Origin: Synechococcus elongatus PCC 6301
GTDB taxonomy: Bacteria > Cyanobacteriota > Cyanobacteriia > Synechococcales > Synechococcaceae
DNA: 32,000 nt
Direction of reading: 5' to 3'
NCBI RefSeq assembly: GCF_000010065.1
Contig: NC_006576.1
Coordinates: 810,001 to 842,000, forward strand
Position numbers and translations under genes: made by a program
Shown: piece by piece, positions 19,823-28,928 of the stretch
Numbering within the stretch: the stretch's first letter is position 1
Layout: every line of letters begins with the position of its first letter
Notes under the pieces: model-generated
The model's input: the letters and a program-made list of their open reading frames with translations, nothing else
The model's database searches: none
What the model was told of the DNA's origin: nothing

Positions 19823-20434
19823 ATGCCTTCTTCATTGCCCGAGCCAGTTCAGCGAATCCTGCAGGGGAGTGATACCAGCCTCGACCAGGAGCTGCGAGAC
19901 TTCCAAGCTTGGAGCCAAGCCAACCCAGATTGGGACAAAGTTGTAACGCCCATAACGCCGCCGCCTCAGCAGGAATTTGACTCTACAGAAGCCTTGTTTG
20001 CGGCCAGTCATCAGGGCTGGCGACGCTTGCTGCCCGTCGATCGCACACCCCTCTATGCCGTCTCAGTGGTCGCCACAGTGCTGGTGCTTGCAGTCGCCCT
20101 TGGCAGTCAACTGGTGAAGCGATCGCCGACGCCCGCTCCCTCCCCTAGCGTCGCCTTCCAAGGACCCGATCTCAGCCAGCGCGAATTTGCCGATCTCAGT
20201 CTCGATCGCCTCAGCCAAATTAATCCTGAAGGCCGCGATCGCCCCCGCTTTCAGCTGTTCGTTCAGGCAAGCCCCGGTCAAGACCTTACCCAACTAGCCG
20301 CACTCATCCCCGGTTCGGAAGTGCAAGGCGATCGCCTCTTGGTGGGCGAATTTCGCGATCGCCAAGCGGCTACCGCGCGTCAACAGCAGTTTCGGCAGCA
20401 GGGCTATAGCACCGAGCTCAAGACAGCACCCTAA
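19823..20434 (+). CDS. Hypothetical single-TM protein with possible SPOR-like C-terminus
   Basis: TM segment LYAVSVVATVLVLAVALG; C-terminal FQLFVQASPGQDLTQLAALIPGSEVQGDRLLVGEFRDRQAATARQQQFRQQGYSTEL. Confidence 0.7.
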   Translation: MPSSLPEPVQRILQGSDTSLDQELRDFQAWSQANPDWDKVVTPITPPPQQEFDSTEALFAASHQGWRRLLPVDRTPLYAVSVVATVLVLAVALGSQLVKRSPTPAPSPSVAFQGPDLSQREFADLSLDRLSQINPEGRDRPRFQLFVQASPGQDLTQLAALIPGSEVQGDRLLVGEFRDRQAATARQQQFRQQGYSTELKTAP

Positions 20435-20636
20435 ATTGGGCCTCAGCAAGCGGAGTCTGACCCAGCCAGCAAGGACGGAAATCCGGTCTTTTGCTCACCC
20501 TAGGACTTGACCGTCAGCCAGATCCTCCTTGCTACACTGAATCTCAGCGCCAACCGCAGCGTCTTTTCCCAAGCTTTGGGATATTAGCCCCAGCCTTGAG
20601 AGTGGGGCGCGTCAACGCGAATAGGAAGTTTGCGTC

Positions 20637-21410
20637 ATGGGACTTTTCGACCGCATCAGCCGTGTTGTCCGAGCCAACATGAATGACATGGTCAGCAAGG
20701 CTGAGGATCCTGAAAAGATTCTCGAGCAAGCCTTGATGGACATGCAGGAGGATCTGATTCAACTGCGGCAAGCCGTCGCGACCGCGATCGCAGGTCAAAA
20801 GCGCATCGAGCAGCAGATGAATCAAGCACAGACCCAAGCCGCCAGCTGGCAGCAGCGCGCTCAACTCGCTCTGCAAAAAGGCCAAGAAGATCTGGCGCGT
20901 CAAGCGCTGAGCCGCAAGAAAACCTTCAATGAAACGGCCGTTGCCCTGAAGACTCAGCTGGATCAACAGGCTGGACAAGTCGACACCCTCAAGCGCAACT
21001 TGGTAGCGCTCGAAGGCAAAATTGCCGAGGCCAAAACCAAGAAAGACATGCTCAAGGCGCGGGCTCAAGCGGCCAAGGCCCAAGAGCAACTGCAAAGTGC
21101 TGTTGGTCGCCTGAGCACCAATACCTCCATGGCTGCTTTTGAGCGGATGGAAGAGAAAGTTCTGAGCATGGAGGCGAAAGCTCAAGCCTCGGCTGAACTA
21201 GCAGGCACCGACCTCGAAAGTCAGTTTGTATCGCTGGAAGCAGGCGGCGATGTGGAAGATGAACTCGCAGCAATGAAAGCCCAACTGGCGGGTGCACCCA
21301 CAGCGACTACGGCATTGCCCCCGGGTGCCGCAACTCCCGTCAGCGTTTCTCAGCCCAGCACAGTTGATGCAGAACTAGAAGCCCTGAAGCGCGAACTCGA
21401 CGGACTCTAG
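20637..21410 (+). CDS. vipp1: Vipp1/IM30 (PspA family) protein, canonical copy
   Basis: MGLFDRISRVVRANMNDMVSKAEDPEKILEQALMDMQEDLIQLRQAVATA...; Vipp1-type C-terminal extension VDAELEALKRELDGL. Confidence 0.95.
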   Translation: MGLFDRISRVVRANMNDMVSKAEDPEKILEQALMDMQEDLIQLRQAVATAIAGQKRIEQQMNQAQTQAASWQQRAQLALQKGQEDLARQALSRKKTFNETAVALKTQLDQQAGQVDTLKRNLVALEGKIAEAKTKKDMLKARAQAAKAQEQLQSAVGRLSTNTSMAAFERMEEKVLSMEAKAQASAELAGTDLESQFVSLEAGGDVEDELAAMKAQLAGAPTATTALPPGAATPVSVSQPSTVDAELEALKRELDGL

Positions 21411-21608
21411 AGCATTCTTCCAAACTGCATACTCTGCAACTTCAGCAATGGGTCTTTGGGTCGGTTGCTGATTTTTTATGCTGTAGCACTACCGCGATCG
21501 CCTCAATTTTCACGAGTATTTACAAGCAAGCACCGCAGTGTGCCATGCTATGGAGCAGTTTTTTAACTCTGCCTCACTCCACGGCGTCTCCTATCGGAGG
21601 TTTGCACA

Positions 21609-22277
21609 ATGGCACTATTCGATCGCATTGGCGGAGCAGAAGATCCTAGACAAGCCATTGAGAATGCTTTCGCAGATATACAGAAAGCACTAATTCAACT
21701 CCGGCAAGCAGTGGCTACAGCAAACGTAGGCAAGCAGCGCCTTGAACTGCAAATAGCAGAGGTACAGTCGCAGGCTAATATTTGGGGACAGCACATACAG
21801 CGTGCTACACAGCATGGGCAGCAAGACTCGGTGCGACGCGCTGAGCAAGAGATGCAATCCTGCAACATAACAGTGTTGAGGTTGAAGAGACAGTTAACTC
21901 AGCAAACTGAGCATATTGCAACACTCAACCGCAGCTTAGTAGACGCTGAAAGGCAAGTCGCCACGGCTAGGGCTCAGACAAACATGTTGAAGGCGCAGGC
22001 AGATATCGCTGCTGCTCAATCGTGCCTGCAAGGTTCGGTGAGTCGTCTCAGCAACAATACTTCCATGGCTGCTTTTGAGCGCATGGAGGAAGAAATTCTA
22101 GGCCCGCAGGCCAGTGCCGACTTAGCTGCCACTGATTGCACAAGTCAATTTCAAGCTCTCGTCAACGCTGATGACATAGATTGGAGTCCTGACTCTCAGT
22201 CATTAATTCAGCGGGTTGAGATTGAAGTGATCGATTCTGAATTAGCAGTCTTGAAGCGCGAACTGGACTCGCTTTAG
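21609..22277 (+). CDS. Second, diverged Vipp1/IM30 (PspA family) paralog with shortened N-terminus
   Basis: MALFDRIGGAEDPRQAIENAFADIQKALIQLRQAVATA...RLSNNTSMAAFERMEEEILGPQASADLA...IDSELAVLKRELDSL; GGAGG about 8 nt before the ATG. Confidence 0.92.
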   Translation: MALFDRIGGAEDPRQAIENAFADIQKALIQLRQAVATANVGKQRLELQIAEVQSQANIWGQHIQRATQHGQQDSVRRAEQEMQSCNITVLRLKRQLTQQTEHIATLNRSLVDAERQVATARAQTNMLKAQADIAAAQSCLQGSVSRLSNNTSMAAFERMEEEILGPQASADLAATDCTSQFQALVNADDIDWSPDSQSLIQRVEIEVIDSELAVLKRELDSL

Positions 22278-22373
22278 GCTTACGCTGAGCGATCGCAACT
22301 GACCTGCCGCCCAGCACACGGGGCGATCGCGCCACACTGGGAAAGAACTTGATTCACTTTTTTCCCAGGACAG

Positions 22374-23615
22374 TTGCCCATGCTGGTTAAAACCTCAGAG
22401 TCGCGCTGGCTCGTGCCTTTCCAACGCCGGCAGCGACAATGCTCTTTGGTGGCAGCGGGCGTTTCTTCCATTGGATCCTTCGCTGGAATCATCGCCAAAG
22501 GCTGGCTAATTCAAGACATGACCCAGCAGCCACTCTTGCTGGCCGTCAATTTTGCTTGCCTCAGCCTACCGGCAGTCTTCCTTTCACCCCATGCAGGCAC
22601 GCTCACCGATCGCATTGGGTCCGAATCCGTCCTCAAGCGATCGCAGTACTTTTTGCTGATTGGGGCCATTTTTTCCGCGATCGGCTACGTCCTTTGCAAT
22701 GGCTGGGTTGCTGGGCAAGTAACAGCGCTGATCGGCGGCACGCTAATCGTTGGTATTGCCAGCGCCTACGAGCTGACTTCGCGCCTGAAATATGTCGGCC
22801 TCATTGTTCCAGAAGCAACCTTGGCAGGCTATCTGGCCCAGTTCTCCGTCATCTTCAATGTCGCCAAGCTGATCGGTCCACCAGTGGGGGGGTTCGCTTT
22901 GACCTTCCTCCACCCTTCTTGGGTCTTGAGCCTGGACGCTCTCAGCTACCTGGTGCCAATCGCCGTCGTCAACCTTGTGATGCAACCGCGATCGCTGACA
23001 GCAGCCGAGCAGCCGCAGCATCGCCTGACTATGACCCAAGCTTGGCAGGGCATCACCCCACAACTACGCAGCATCACACTGTTTGCAGGCGTGGCATCCG
23101 TAATCGGCTTTTTCCATCCTGCGATCGTGCCAGTGCTGGCGAAGGCCTACATCGGCCCCGATCCGCTCTCCTTGGGGTGGCTGACGGCCAGCATTGCGAT
23201 CGGCAGCATCACCGCCGGTCTACTGCAACAGCGCTTCAGCGAATCGGTTATCGGTCGGCCTCGCCAAATGCTGATTCTGGCAACCGGCGTGACAGCGATC
23301 GCGCAGGTCGGCTTTGCCCTCCAGCCCAACGCAGGCATAGCTCTCTTCCTAGCCGCCTTGATTGGCTTTGGAACGGCTGGTCTGCTGGCAGGAGCCAACA
23401 TCATTGGTCAGGCTCTTGCCCCCCGGGAATATCGCGGGCGCGTCGCGGGTCTGACTCAGATCGCCACCTTGGGGGGGGGCGGTGTCAGCAGTTTGCTAGC
23501 AGGCGGCCTAATTGCACAATTAGGACTACCCCTAGCCATGGGACTGCTCGGGGTAGCGGGGCTGCTTGCAGCACTGGTCTACGGGCGTCAATCTCTGCAG
23601 ACAGCAACCCGCTAA
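22374..23615 (+). CDS. MFS transporter (EntS-like)
   Basis: About 12 TM segments; FLSPHAGTLTDRIGSESVLKRSQ, FNVAKLIGPPVGGF, GFGTAGLLAGANIIGQALAPREYRGRVAGL. Confidence 0.88.
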   Translation: MPMLVKTSESRWLVPFQRRQRQCSLVAAGVSSIGSFAGIIAKGWLIQDMTQQPLLLAVNFACLSLPAVFLSPHAGTLTDRIGSESVLKRSQYFLLIGAIFSAIGYVLCNGWVAGQVTALIGGTLIVGIASAYELTSRLKYVGLIVPEATLAGYLAQFSVIFNVAKLIGPPVGGFALTFLHPSWVLSLDALSYLVPIAVVNLVMQPRSLTAAEQPQHRLTMTQAWQGITPQLRSITLFAGVASVIGFFHPAIVPVLAKAYIGPDPLSLGWLTASIAIGSITAGLLQQRFSESVIGRPRQMLILATGVTAIAQVGFALQPNAGIALFLAALIGFGTAGLLAGANIIGQALAPREYRGRVAGLTQIATLGGGGVSSLLAGGLIAQLGLPLAMGLLGVAGLLAALVYGRQSLQTATR

Positions 23616-23658
23616 TCATCCAGCCTTTGACCTGTTCAGGAATTGCGATCGCCCCCCT

Positions 23659-24897
23659 ATGGATGCTGCTCTCGCTGCACGGTTTAACCCTCAAGCTTGG
23701 CCTTTCTCGGCTGATGGTCTGCCAGCTGGGGCTTGCTTGGTGGGTGGTGCTGTTCGAGATGCCTTGTTGGGTCGCCTAAGCGACCCCCTTGATCTGGATT
23801 GGGTGGTGCCCAACGGCGCCGTCGAAACAGCTCGATCCTTGGCCCGGCAGCACCAGGCTGGCTTTGTGCTGCTCGACGCCGATCGCCAGATTGCGCGGGT
23901 TGTCTTTGCCGACATGACCGTTGACTTTGCTCAGCAGGAAGGCGATCGTCTGGAGCAAGATCTGCGGCGGCGCGATTTTACGATCAACGCGATCGCCTAC
24001 GACTGGCAGCGGCAGACTGTCATCGATCCCTTAGGCGGGCAGGCCGACCTTGAGCAAGGGCTGCTGCGCATGGTTGCCCCTGAAAATCTGGTGGACGACC
24101 CGCTGCGTCTGCTTCGCGCCTATCGACAGGCAGCTCAACTCAGTTTCTCGATCGAGCCCGAGACTGCGGCAGCGATCGCTCAGTTAGCGCCACTCCTGCC
24201 ACAGGTGGCTGGGGAACGGATCTGGGCGGAATTACAGCGCTTACTCAACGTGCCGCCCCCCCATCCGGTTTTGGTCGAAGCGATCGCCAGTGGACTACTG
24301 GCCCCTTGGTTCCCTGAGGCAACGCCGGAATGCATGTCCACTCTGGCTGATCATTGGCAACAACTGCAGGCGCAGGCGCCTGAATGGCCGCACTGGTTCA
24401 CCGCGATCGGGCCTGGGGGCAGGCTCAGTCATCTGGCCTATGCCTGGCTAACGCGCTTGCTCCCAAGCGATCGCGATCGGGCATTGGAGTCGCTCTTGGC
24501 GCTCAAAAGTAGTCGAGCCGAGCAGCGATCGCTACTGCAACTCCAGCAGCATTGGCAAGACTGTCAAACCAGCAAAGCAGCCACTACCGCAGGGCAGGTT
24601 GCGCTGTTTCAGACCCTAGGTAAGTTGGTACCCGTGCTGCTCGTCCAGCTCGAAGCTAGTGAGTTGCGCCAAACCTTGCTGCGGCGCTACCAAACGCCCA
24701 ATGACCCGATCGCTCATCTCCAGCCCCTCGTCAGTGGCACCGATCTGCAGGTATCTCTGGGGATTCGCGGTGGACCGCGTCTCGGCCAACTACTGCAGGA
24801 TCTACGGGTTGCCCAAGCGGAGCAACAGTTCTCCGATTCAGCGGGGGCGATCGCCTTTGCCGCGCGTTGGCTTCAAGAGTCTCCTCTTCCTCAATAG
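23659..24897 (+). CDS. cca: CCA tRNA nucleotidyltransferase / poly(A) polymerase family
   Basis: CLVGGAVRDALLGRLSDPLDLDWVV, RRRDFTINAIAYDWQ, DPLGGQADLEQGLLRMV, DDPLRLLRAYRQAAQL. Start chosen at MDAALAARF. Confidence 0.88.
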   Translation: MDAALAARFNPQAWPFSADGLPAGACLVGGAVRDALLGRLSDPLDLDWVVPNGAVETARSLARQHQAGFVLLDADRQIARVVFADMTVDFAQQEGDRLEQDLRRRDFTINAIAYDWQRQTVIDPLGGQADLEQGLLRMVAPENLVDDPLRLLRAYRQAAQLSFSIEPETAAAIAQLAPLLPQVAGERIWAELQRLLNVPPPHPVLVEAIASGLLAPWFPEATPECMSTLADHWQQLQAQAPEWPHWFTAIGPGGRLSHLAYAWLTRLLPSDRDRALESLLALKSSRAEQRSLLQLQQHWQDCQTSKAATTAGQVALFQTLGKLVPVLLVQLEASELRQTLLRRYQTPNDPIAHLQPLVSGTDLQVSLGIRGGPRLGQLLQDLRVAQAEQQFSDSAGAIAFAARWLQESPLPQ

Positions 24898-25159
24898 CTT
24901 GCAAATGCCGTGTTAGCCTAATCAGTGGCATAGGCTTTTTTACGCAATCTACAGTTCCAGGTGTGCCTGCAAGGCTCTTTGGTTTTCAAGTCCTTCGGGT
25001 GGTTTCCATCCGAGCCGGAGATTGCTACCGGTCTATCGCTTCAGTCTTCCAAGGGCGTCATCCCGCGATTACTCGGAATTTACGTTTCACGTCGAAGACG
25101 GACAGTTTTGCCATGACGGGGTTCCCTTATCCCGTTTGTTGTTTGAGAGGTCAGTGACC

Positions 25160-25588
25160 ATGTCAGTTCGTGTGTACATCGGCAATTTACCGCGCGTCAT
25201 TGAGCAAGCCGAGTTGGATGCGGTGTTTGCAGAAGCCGGCGAAGTTTCGGCCAAATTGGTCACCGATCGCAAAACCGGCAAATCGCGCGGCTTTGCCTTC
25301 GCAACGGTTGCCAGCGATGAGCTAGCTGATGCCTTGATCGAGCGCTTTAACGGCACCGAAGTCCAGGGCAGCACCCTCAAGCTCGAAAAAGCGCAACCGC
25401 GCGAGCGCGACAATGAAGGCGGCAACAACCGTCGTCGCAGTGGTGGCGGTGGTAACGATAATCGCCGCTCGGGTAAAAGCGCTCCTCGGGTCATCTCGTC
25501 AGGTCCCGAAGGCTTCCAACCCGATCCTCGCTGGGCTCAAGAACTCGAAAAATTGAAAGAACTCCTCGCTGCTCAAACCGTGTCCTAG
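25160..25588 (+). CDS. RRM-domain RNA-binding protein (cyanobacterial Rbp type)
   Basis: MSVRVYIGNLPRVIEQAELDAVFAEAGEV...KTGKSRGFAFATV, Arg/Gly-rich linker, C-terminal PDPRWAQELEKLKELLAAQT. Confidence 0.93.
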   Translation: MSVRVYIGNLPRVIEQAELDAVFAEAGEVSAKLVTDRKTGKSRGFAFATVASDELADALIERFNGTEVQGSTLKLEKAQPRERDNEGGNNRRRSGGGGNDNRRSGKSAPRVISSGPEGFQPDPRWAQELEKLKELLAAQTVS

Positions 25589-25627
25589 GACTGGGTATCG
25601 AGACTGTCTGAATCAATGACTGAATTG

Positions 25628-25659
25628 CGGCTGGGAATTTTTCTCTCAGCCGTTTTTTT
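25628..25659 (+). terminator. Rho-independent terminator candidate for the RRM gene
   Basis: CGGCTGGGA-atttttc-TCTCAGCCG followed by TTTTTTT. Confidence 0.8.
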
Positions 25660-25729
25660 CTGGCCGAAAGGCTAGGCGAATCCGGCCTGCCACGGCATTC
25701 TAATGTCAAGACATTGGATCACTCACGAC

Positions 25730-26026
25730 ATGGGCATGCTGCGTCTCTGGATTTTGGCTTTCGTCTGGCTGCCGCTGCCTGCTCTCGCCCTCCCGAGCGA
25801 TCGCCAGCTCAAGGACTTTGCCAAAGATCTCTGCACCATCAACAGCCCCAGCCCCCAGCAATTCGAAGCAGCTGTCACCCAGCAACTCAATCGCTGGATT
25901 AGCGACCAAACCCTGACCGAGGCCGAGTTACAAATGCCCCAAAAAGCAGAGACTCTCGGAGCCCAACTCGCCGGTTTTCTAATCGAGCAATGTCCCCAGC
26001 AAGCCTCTAAACTATTTGGCCTCTAA
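25730..26026 (+). CDS. Small predicted secreted hypothetical protein
   Basis: Signal-peptide-like MGMLRLWILAFVWLPLPALALPSDRQLKDFAKDLC; the track ORF starts at 25703. Confidence 0.7.
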   Translation: MGMLRLWILAFVWLPLPALALPSDRQLKDFAKDLCTINSPSPQQFEAAVTQQLNRWISDQTLTEAELQMPQKAETLGAQLAGFLIEQCPQQASKLFGL

Positions 26027-26121
26027 GAGGTCGACATTGAGAGGTCGGTTCTTGATCCAAGGGCAAGGCAGCCAAGCGTTTATGTTTGATAGAGTCTTGC
26101 TGTCACCCGAGGAACGCCCCA

Positions 26122-26916
26122 ATGCTGGAGCTTTACCAGTTTGAGCTATCACCCTACAGCGAAAAGGTTCGGCTGATTCTCGACTTCAAGGGTCTGGAGT
26201 ATCGCAAACAGGAAGTGACCCCGGGCATTGGTCAATTCGAGGTCTTTCGCCTGTCGGGACAGCGCCAAGTCCCAGTTTTGAAAGATGGCAGCGAAGCGAT
26301 CGCTGATTCCACCGCGATCGCGCAGTACCTCGATCAAAAGTTTCCAGAGCCGCCATTGACTTTGGCTGATCCGCAGCAGCAAGCCCTGAATGTCTTGCTC
26401 GAAGATTGGGCCGATCGCAGTTTTGCGACGGATGTCCGCACCGTACTCCTCGGCGCTCTCGGCTGGGATCCTAGTCTGCGGGAAGCAGCATTGCCAAACC
26501 AGGTGCCGGGTCCGCTGCGCAACTTGGTCAGCGCTGTCCCGAGTGAGGTTTTTAGCGTCCTTGGCAGTGGCGTAGGTCTCAGCCCCGAAACCCTCCGCAC
26601 TGCTCGTCTCAACCTTGAGCAGGGCCTACAGGCACTCTGTCAGCGCCTACAGAACCAACCCTATCTCTTAGGCGATCGCCCCGTGCTGGCAGATTTAGCG
26701 ATCGCAGCGCACAGTCTCTTCCTGAAGTTTCCGACCACTGCCGCGATCGATATTCCCGCTGGTCTGCGCGGGCGTGGGATTCCTGGCCTCGTCGATAACC
26801 CTGACTATACGGTCTTCTTCGAGTGGCGCGATCGCCTCTATCGCGATTTCCGCCGTGGTGCAGCTGTCACCCCGCCCAGCAGCGGAAATGGCCCCACCAA
26901 AATCTCGATCGACTAG
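26122..26916 (+). CDS. Glutathione S-transferase family protein
   Basis: MLELYQFELSPYSEKVRLILDFKGLEYRKQEV...RQVPVLKDGSEAIADSTAIAQYLDQKFP; GAGGAA ribosome-binding-like sequence upstream. Confidence 0.9.
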   Translation: MLELYQFELSPYSEKVRLILDFKGLEYRKQEVTPGIGQFEVFRLSGQRQVPVLKDGSEAIADSTAIAQYLDQKFPEPPLTLADPQQQALNVLLEDWADRSFATDVRTVLLGALGWDPSLREAALPNQVPGPLRNLVSAVPSEVFSVLGSGVGLSPETLRTARLNLEQGLQALCQRLQNQPYLLGDRPVLADLAIAAHSLFLKFPTTAAIDIPAGLRGRGIPGLVDNPDYTVFFEWRDRLYRDFRRGAAVTPPSSGNGPTKISID

Positions 26917-26940
26917 AGCACAACCGCTGGGGGATTGCGA

Positions 26941-26973
26941 GCAGGCTGAAGAATTCCACTGACTCCAGCCTGC
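26941..26973. terminator. Candidate bidirectional terminator hairpin between convergent genes
   Basis: Perfect 8-bp stem GCAGGCTG...CAGCCTGC between the GST and phosphatase stops. Confidence 0.5.
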
Positions 26974-26984
26974 AGCCCCTAGCC

Positions 26985-27869
26985 CTAGGCAAAAATCTGT
27001 CCTTGGTCAATGAGGCGGCTGTCTTTATCAAACGTTTGGATCCGCAGCTCATTGCCATAGACTTCGAGGCCGGCAAAGCTGAGAGTGCTGGCAGATTGAG
27101 CTGTCCAAGACGAGCGGCCCACCGGCCGTAATCCAGCCCCGGCACCGACGATGAGGTAAGTCGTCCCATCAATCGGCTGCGTGCGTTCATAGCTGTGGTC
27201 ATGTCCACTGATGTAAAGCTGCACACCATGACGCTTGAACAGGGGCACCAGCCGGCCGAGCAGCGTCCGATTAACGCCATAGAAGCCGGATGAATAGATC
27301 GGATGGTGGCCAAACACGACTTTCCACGGGGCATTACTGGCTTGTAGGGCGCGATCGAGCCAAGTCAGCTGCTTGTTCCAATCCGCATTGCCATTGGTAT
27401 CTAGCGCAAAGAAGGCAACTGGCCCTTCTTGGAATTGGTAATAGCGCCCAGTCATGTTGAAGCCAGGGTAGCGAACCTGATCGTTGCCGTTGTTCGTGCG
27501 GATATCGTGATTCCCTAAAACCGCCCGGAACTTCACACCCGATTTCAGCAGAGGAGCATAGGGCCGCTCGAACACCGCCTGAATTTTCTCGATTTCGCCG
27601 TTGTTATAGATGTTGTCGCCGGCTAAGACAGCAAGTTTGTAAGGATTGGCACGCCGGTAACGCTCCATCGCGGCAGCCACATCGTATTGTCCCCGCGCAC
27701 CAGTGCCCGTATCCGCCACTGCAATGAAGCGCAAATCTAAAGGGCGATCGCTTGCTGGCAGTGGGGTAATGGCTTGGGCGCTCACCGGTTGGAACCACTG
27801 CCGTCCCATTCCAGCAGCGATCGTACTCAGTCCACCCAACACCAGCAGTTCTCGGCGTTTCATGCCCAA
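26985..27869 (-). CDS. Exported metallophosphoesterase, purple-acid-phosphatase-like
   Basis: Export-signal-like MKRRELLVLGGLSTIAAGM; AVADTG, LAGDNIYNNG, VLGNHDI, VVFGHHPIYSSG, YISGHDHSYER. Confidence 0.88.
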   Translation of the reverse strand: MGMKRRELLVLGGLSTIAAGMGRQWFQPVSAQAITPLPASDRPLDLRFIAVADTGTGARGQYDVAAAMERYRRANPYKLAVLAGDNIYNNGEIEKIQAVFERPYAPLLKSGVKFRAVLGNHDIRTNNGNDQVRYPGFNMTGRYYQFQEGPVAFFALDTNGNADWNKQLTWLDRALQASNAPWKVVFGHHPIYSSGFYGVNRTLLGRLVPLFKRHGVQLYISGHDHSYERTQPIDGTTYLIVGAGAGLRPVGRSSWTAQSASTLSFAGLEVYGNELRIQTFDKDSRLIDQGQIFA

Positions 27870-27927
27870 GACCTCAGCAAAACGCCTACACTCTGGCCGC
27901 TAGCATCCGCGATCGCTGCAGGCTTCA

Positions 27928-28794
27928 TCACTTCGCGGCAACCGTTCCTGCCGAGAAGCGTAAGTTTTTCAGGAAGTTGGCAGGATGATGGCGGATTTCA
28001 AGGAAAGCAGCTTGGAGTGCTGCAGGTTTATAGACTCGAAACACCTTCATCAGGGACAGAGAGGCAGCACTTTCGAGGGGACCCACAAAGCGAGTATCGC
28101 GATCGAGGAAACAGGGATGAGCGACCAGCATTTGCACATGAGCTTGACTCAGGAAAAAGCAACCTGAGTGAGGATTAACGCTGCGTTCAAAAGTAATGGG
28201 AAAGCCAAGAAACTTTCCGGTTAGCTGCATCGCCTCGCGATCGGGCCAGAACTGGACAGCGATGCCGCTATTAGGTCCATCGATGTAGAGCTTATGGGGC
28301 TTGTTATCGGTCAGCAAGGAATCGAAGCGATTGGGCTGCAGTACCGCTTGGCTGCCAACATTTGCCTGGAACCATTGCTGTTTAAGAAAGAAGAGCGGAT
28401 CTTCAATGATCAGATCGTCTTCGAGGAAGCCATACCAGTCAAAGTCGTGCTGGCGATCGCGCAGGTAGGCTTGCGCTGCAAAGCCCAAGAACATGGGTTC
28501 ACAGTCGACTGGGTGATGCTGATAAAGCGTCTTGGGAAGCGCAAGATGCTCGAGGACATGACAGTCCTGAGTGGTAAAAATTGCGATTTCAACCTGAACT
28601 GCTTTCTGTTGGTTGGCCGGTTGAAGTGTGCGATCGCGAATTTGGAGCAGTGCTTGTTGAGGGCCAAATTGACTATGCAACGCCGTAATCAAGCTGCTAA
28701 GAGCCGTCACACGCGGACTGGGATCGGCACCCAACGAACCATAGTTTCCGCCTGTCGGCTTCCAATAGTGTGGGACAACAAATAACAGCTTCAT
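27928..28794 (-). CDS. Hypothetical protein, possibly glycosyltransferase-like
   Basis: MKLLFVVPHYWKPTGGNYGSLG..., WYGFLEDDLIIEDPLFF (acidic motif). Confidence 0.62.
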   Translation of the reverse strand: MKLLFVVPHYWKPTGGNYGSLGADPSPRVTALSSLITALHSQFGPQQALLQIRDRTLQPANQQKAVQVEIAIFTTQDCHVLEHLALPKTLYQHHPVDCEPMFLGFAAQAYLRDRQHDFDWYGFLEDDLIIEDPLFFLKQQWFQANVGSQAVLQPNRFDSLLTDNKPHKLYIDGPNSGIAVQFWPDREAMQLTGKFLGFPITFERSVNPHSGCFFLSQAHVQMLVAHPCFLDRDTRFVGPLESAASLSLMKVFRVYKPAALQAAFLEIRHHPANFLKNLRFSAGTVAAK

Positions 28795-28891
28795 CGATCA
28801 ACCGATGCGATTGTTTGACAGTACGGGACAGACCGCTCCTCAGTCTAGGGATTTGAGCTATCGCTCAGCGCTGAAGCATTGAGCTCGTTTG

Positions 28892-28928
28892 ACTGCCAAG
28901 ACGGTCAATCGCTGGTGGTCTTGGCGGT
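28892..28928 (-). terminator. Candidate hairpin after the inferred in-frame end of PBP1A
   Basis: ACTGCCAAGAC...GTCTTGGCGGT: 8 perfect bp plus G-T extension, about 15-nt loop. Confidence 0.45.

Noticed and set aside
22439-23779. 446-aa plus-strand ORF overlapping the MFS gene
   Set aside because: Reads as an out-of-frame shadow of the MFS CDS (Arg/Ser/His-rich, no family motifs), while the 22374-23615 frame encodes a clear membrane transporter.
25022-25159. N-terminal extension of the RRM protein
   Set aside because: RRM fold starts at MSVRVYIGNLP; upstream residues have no family character.
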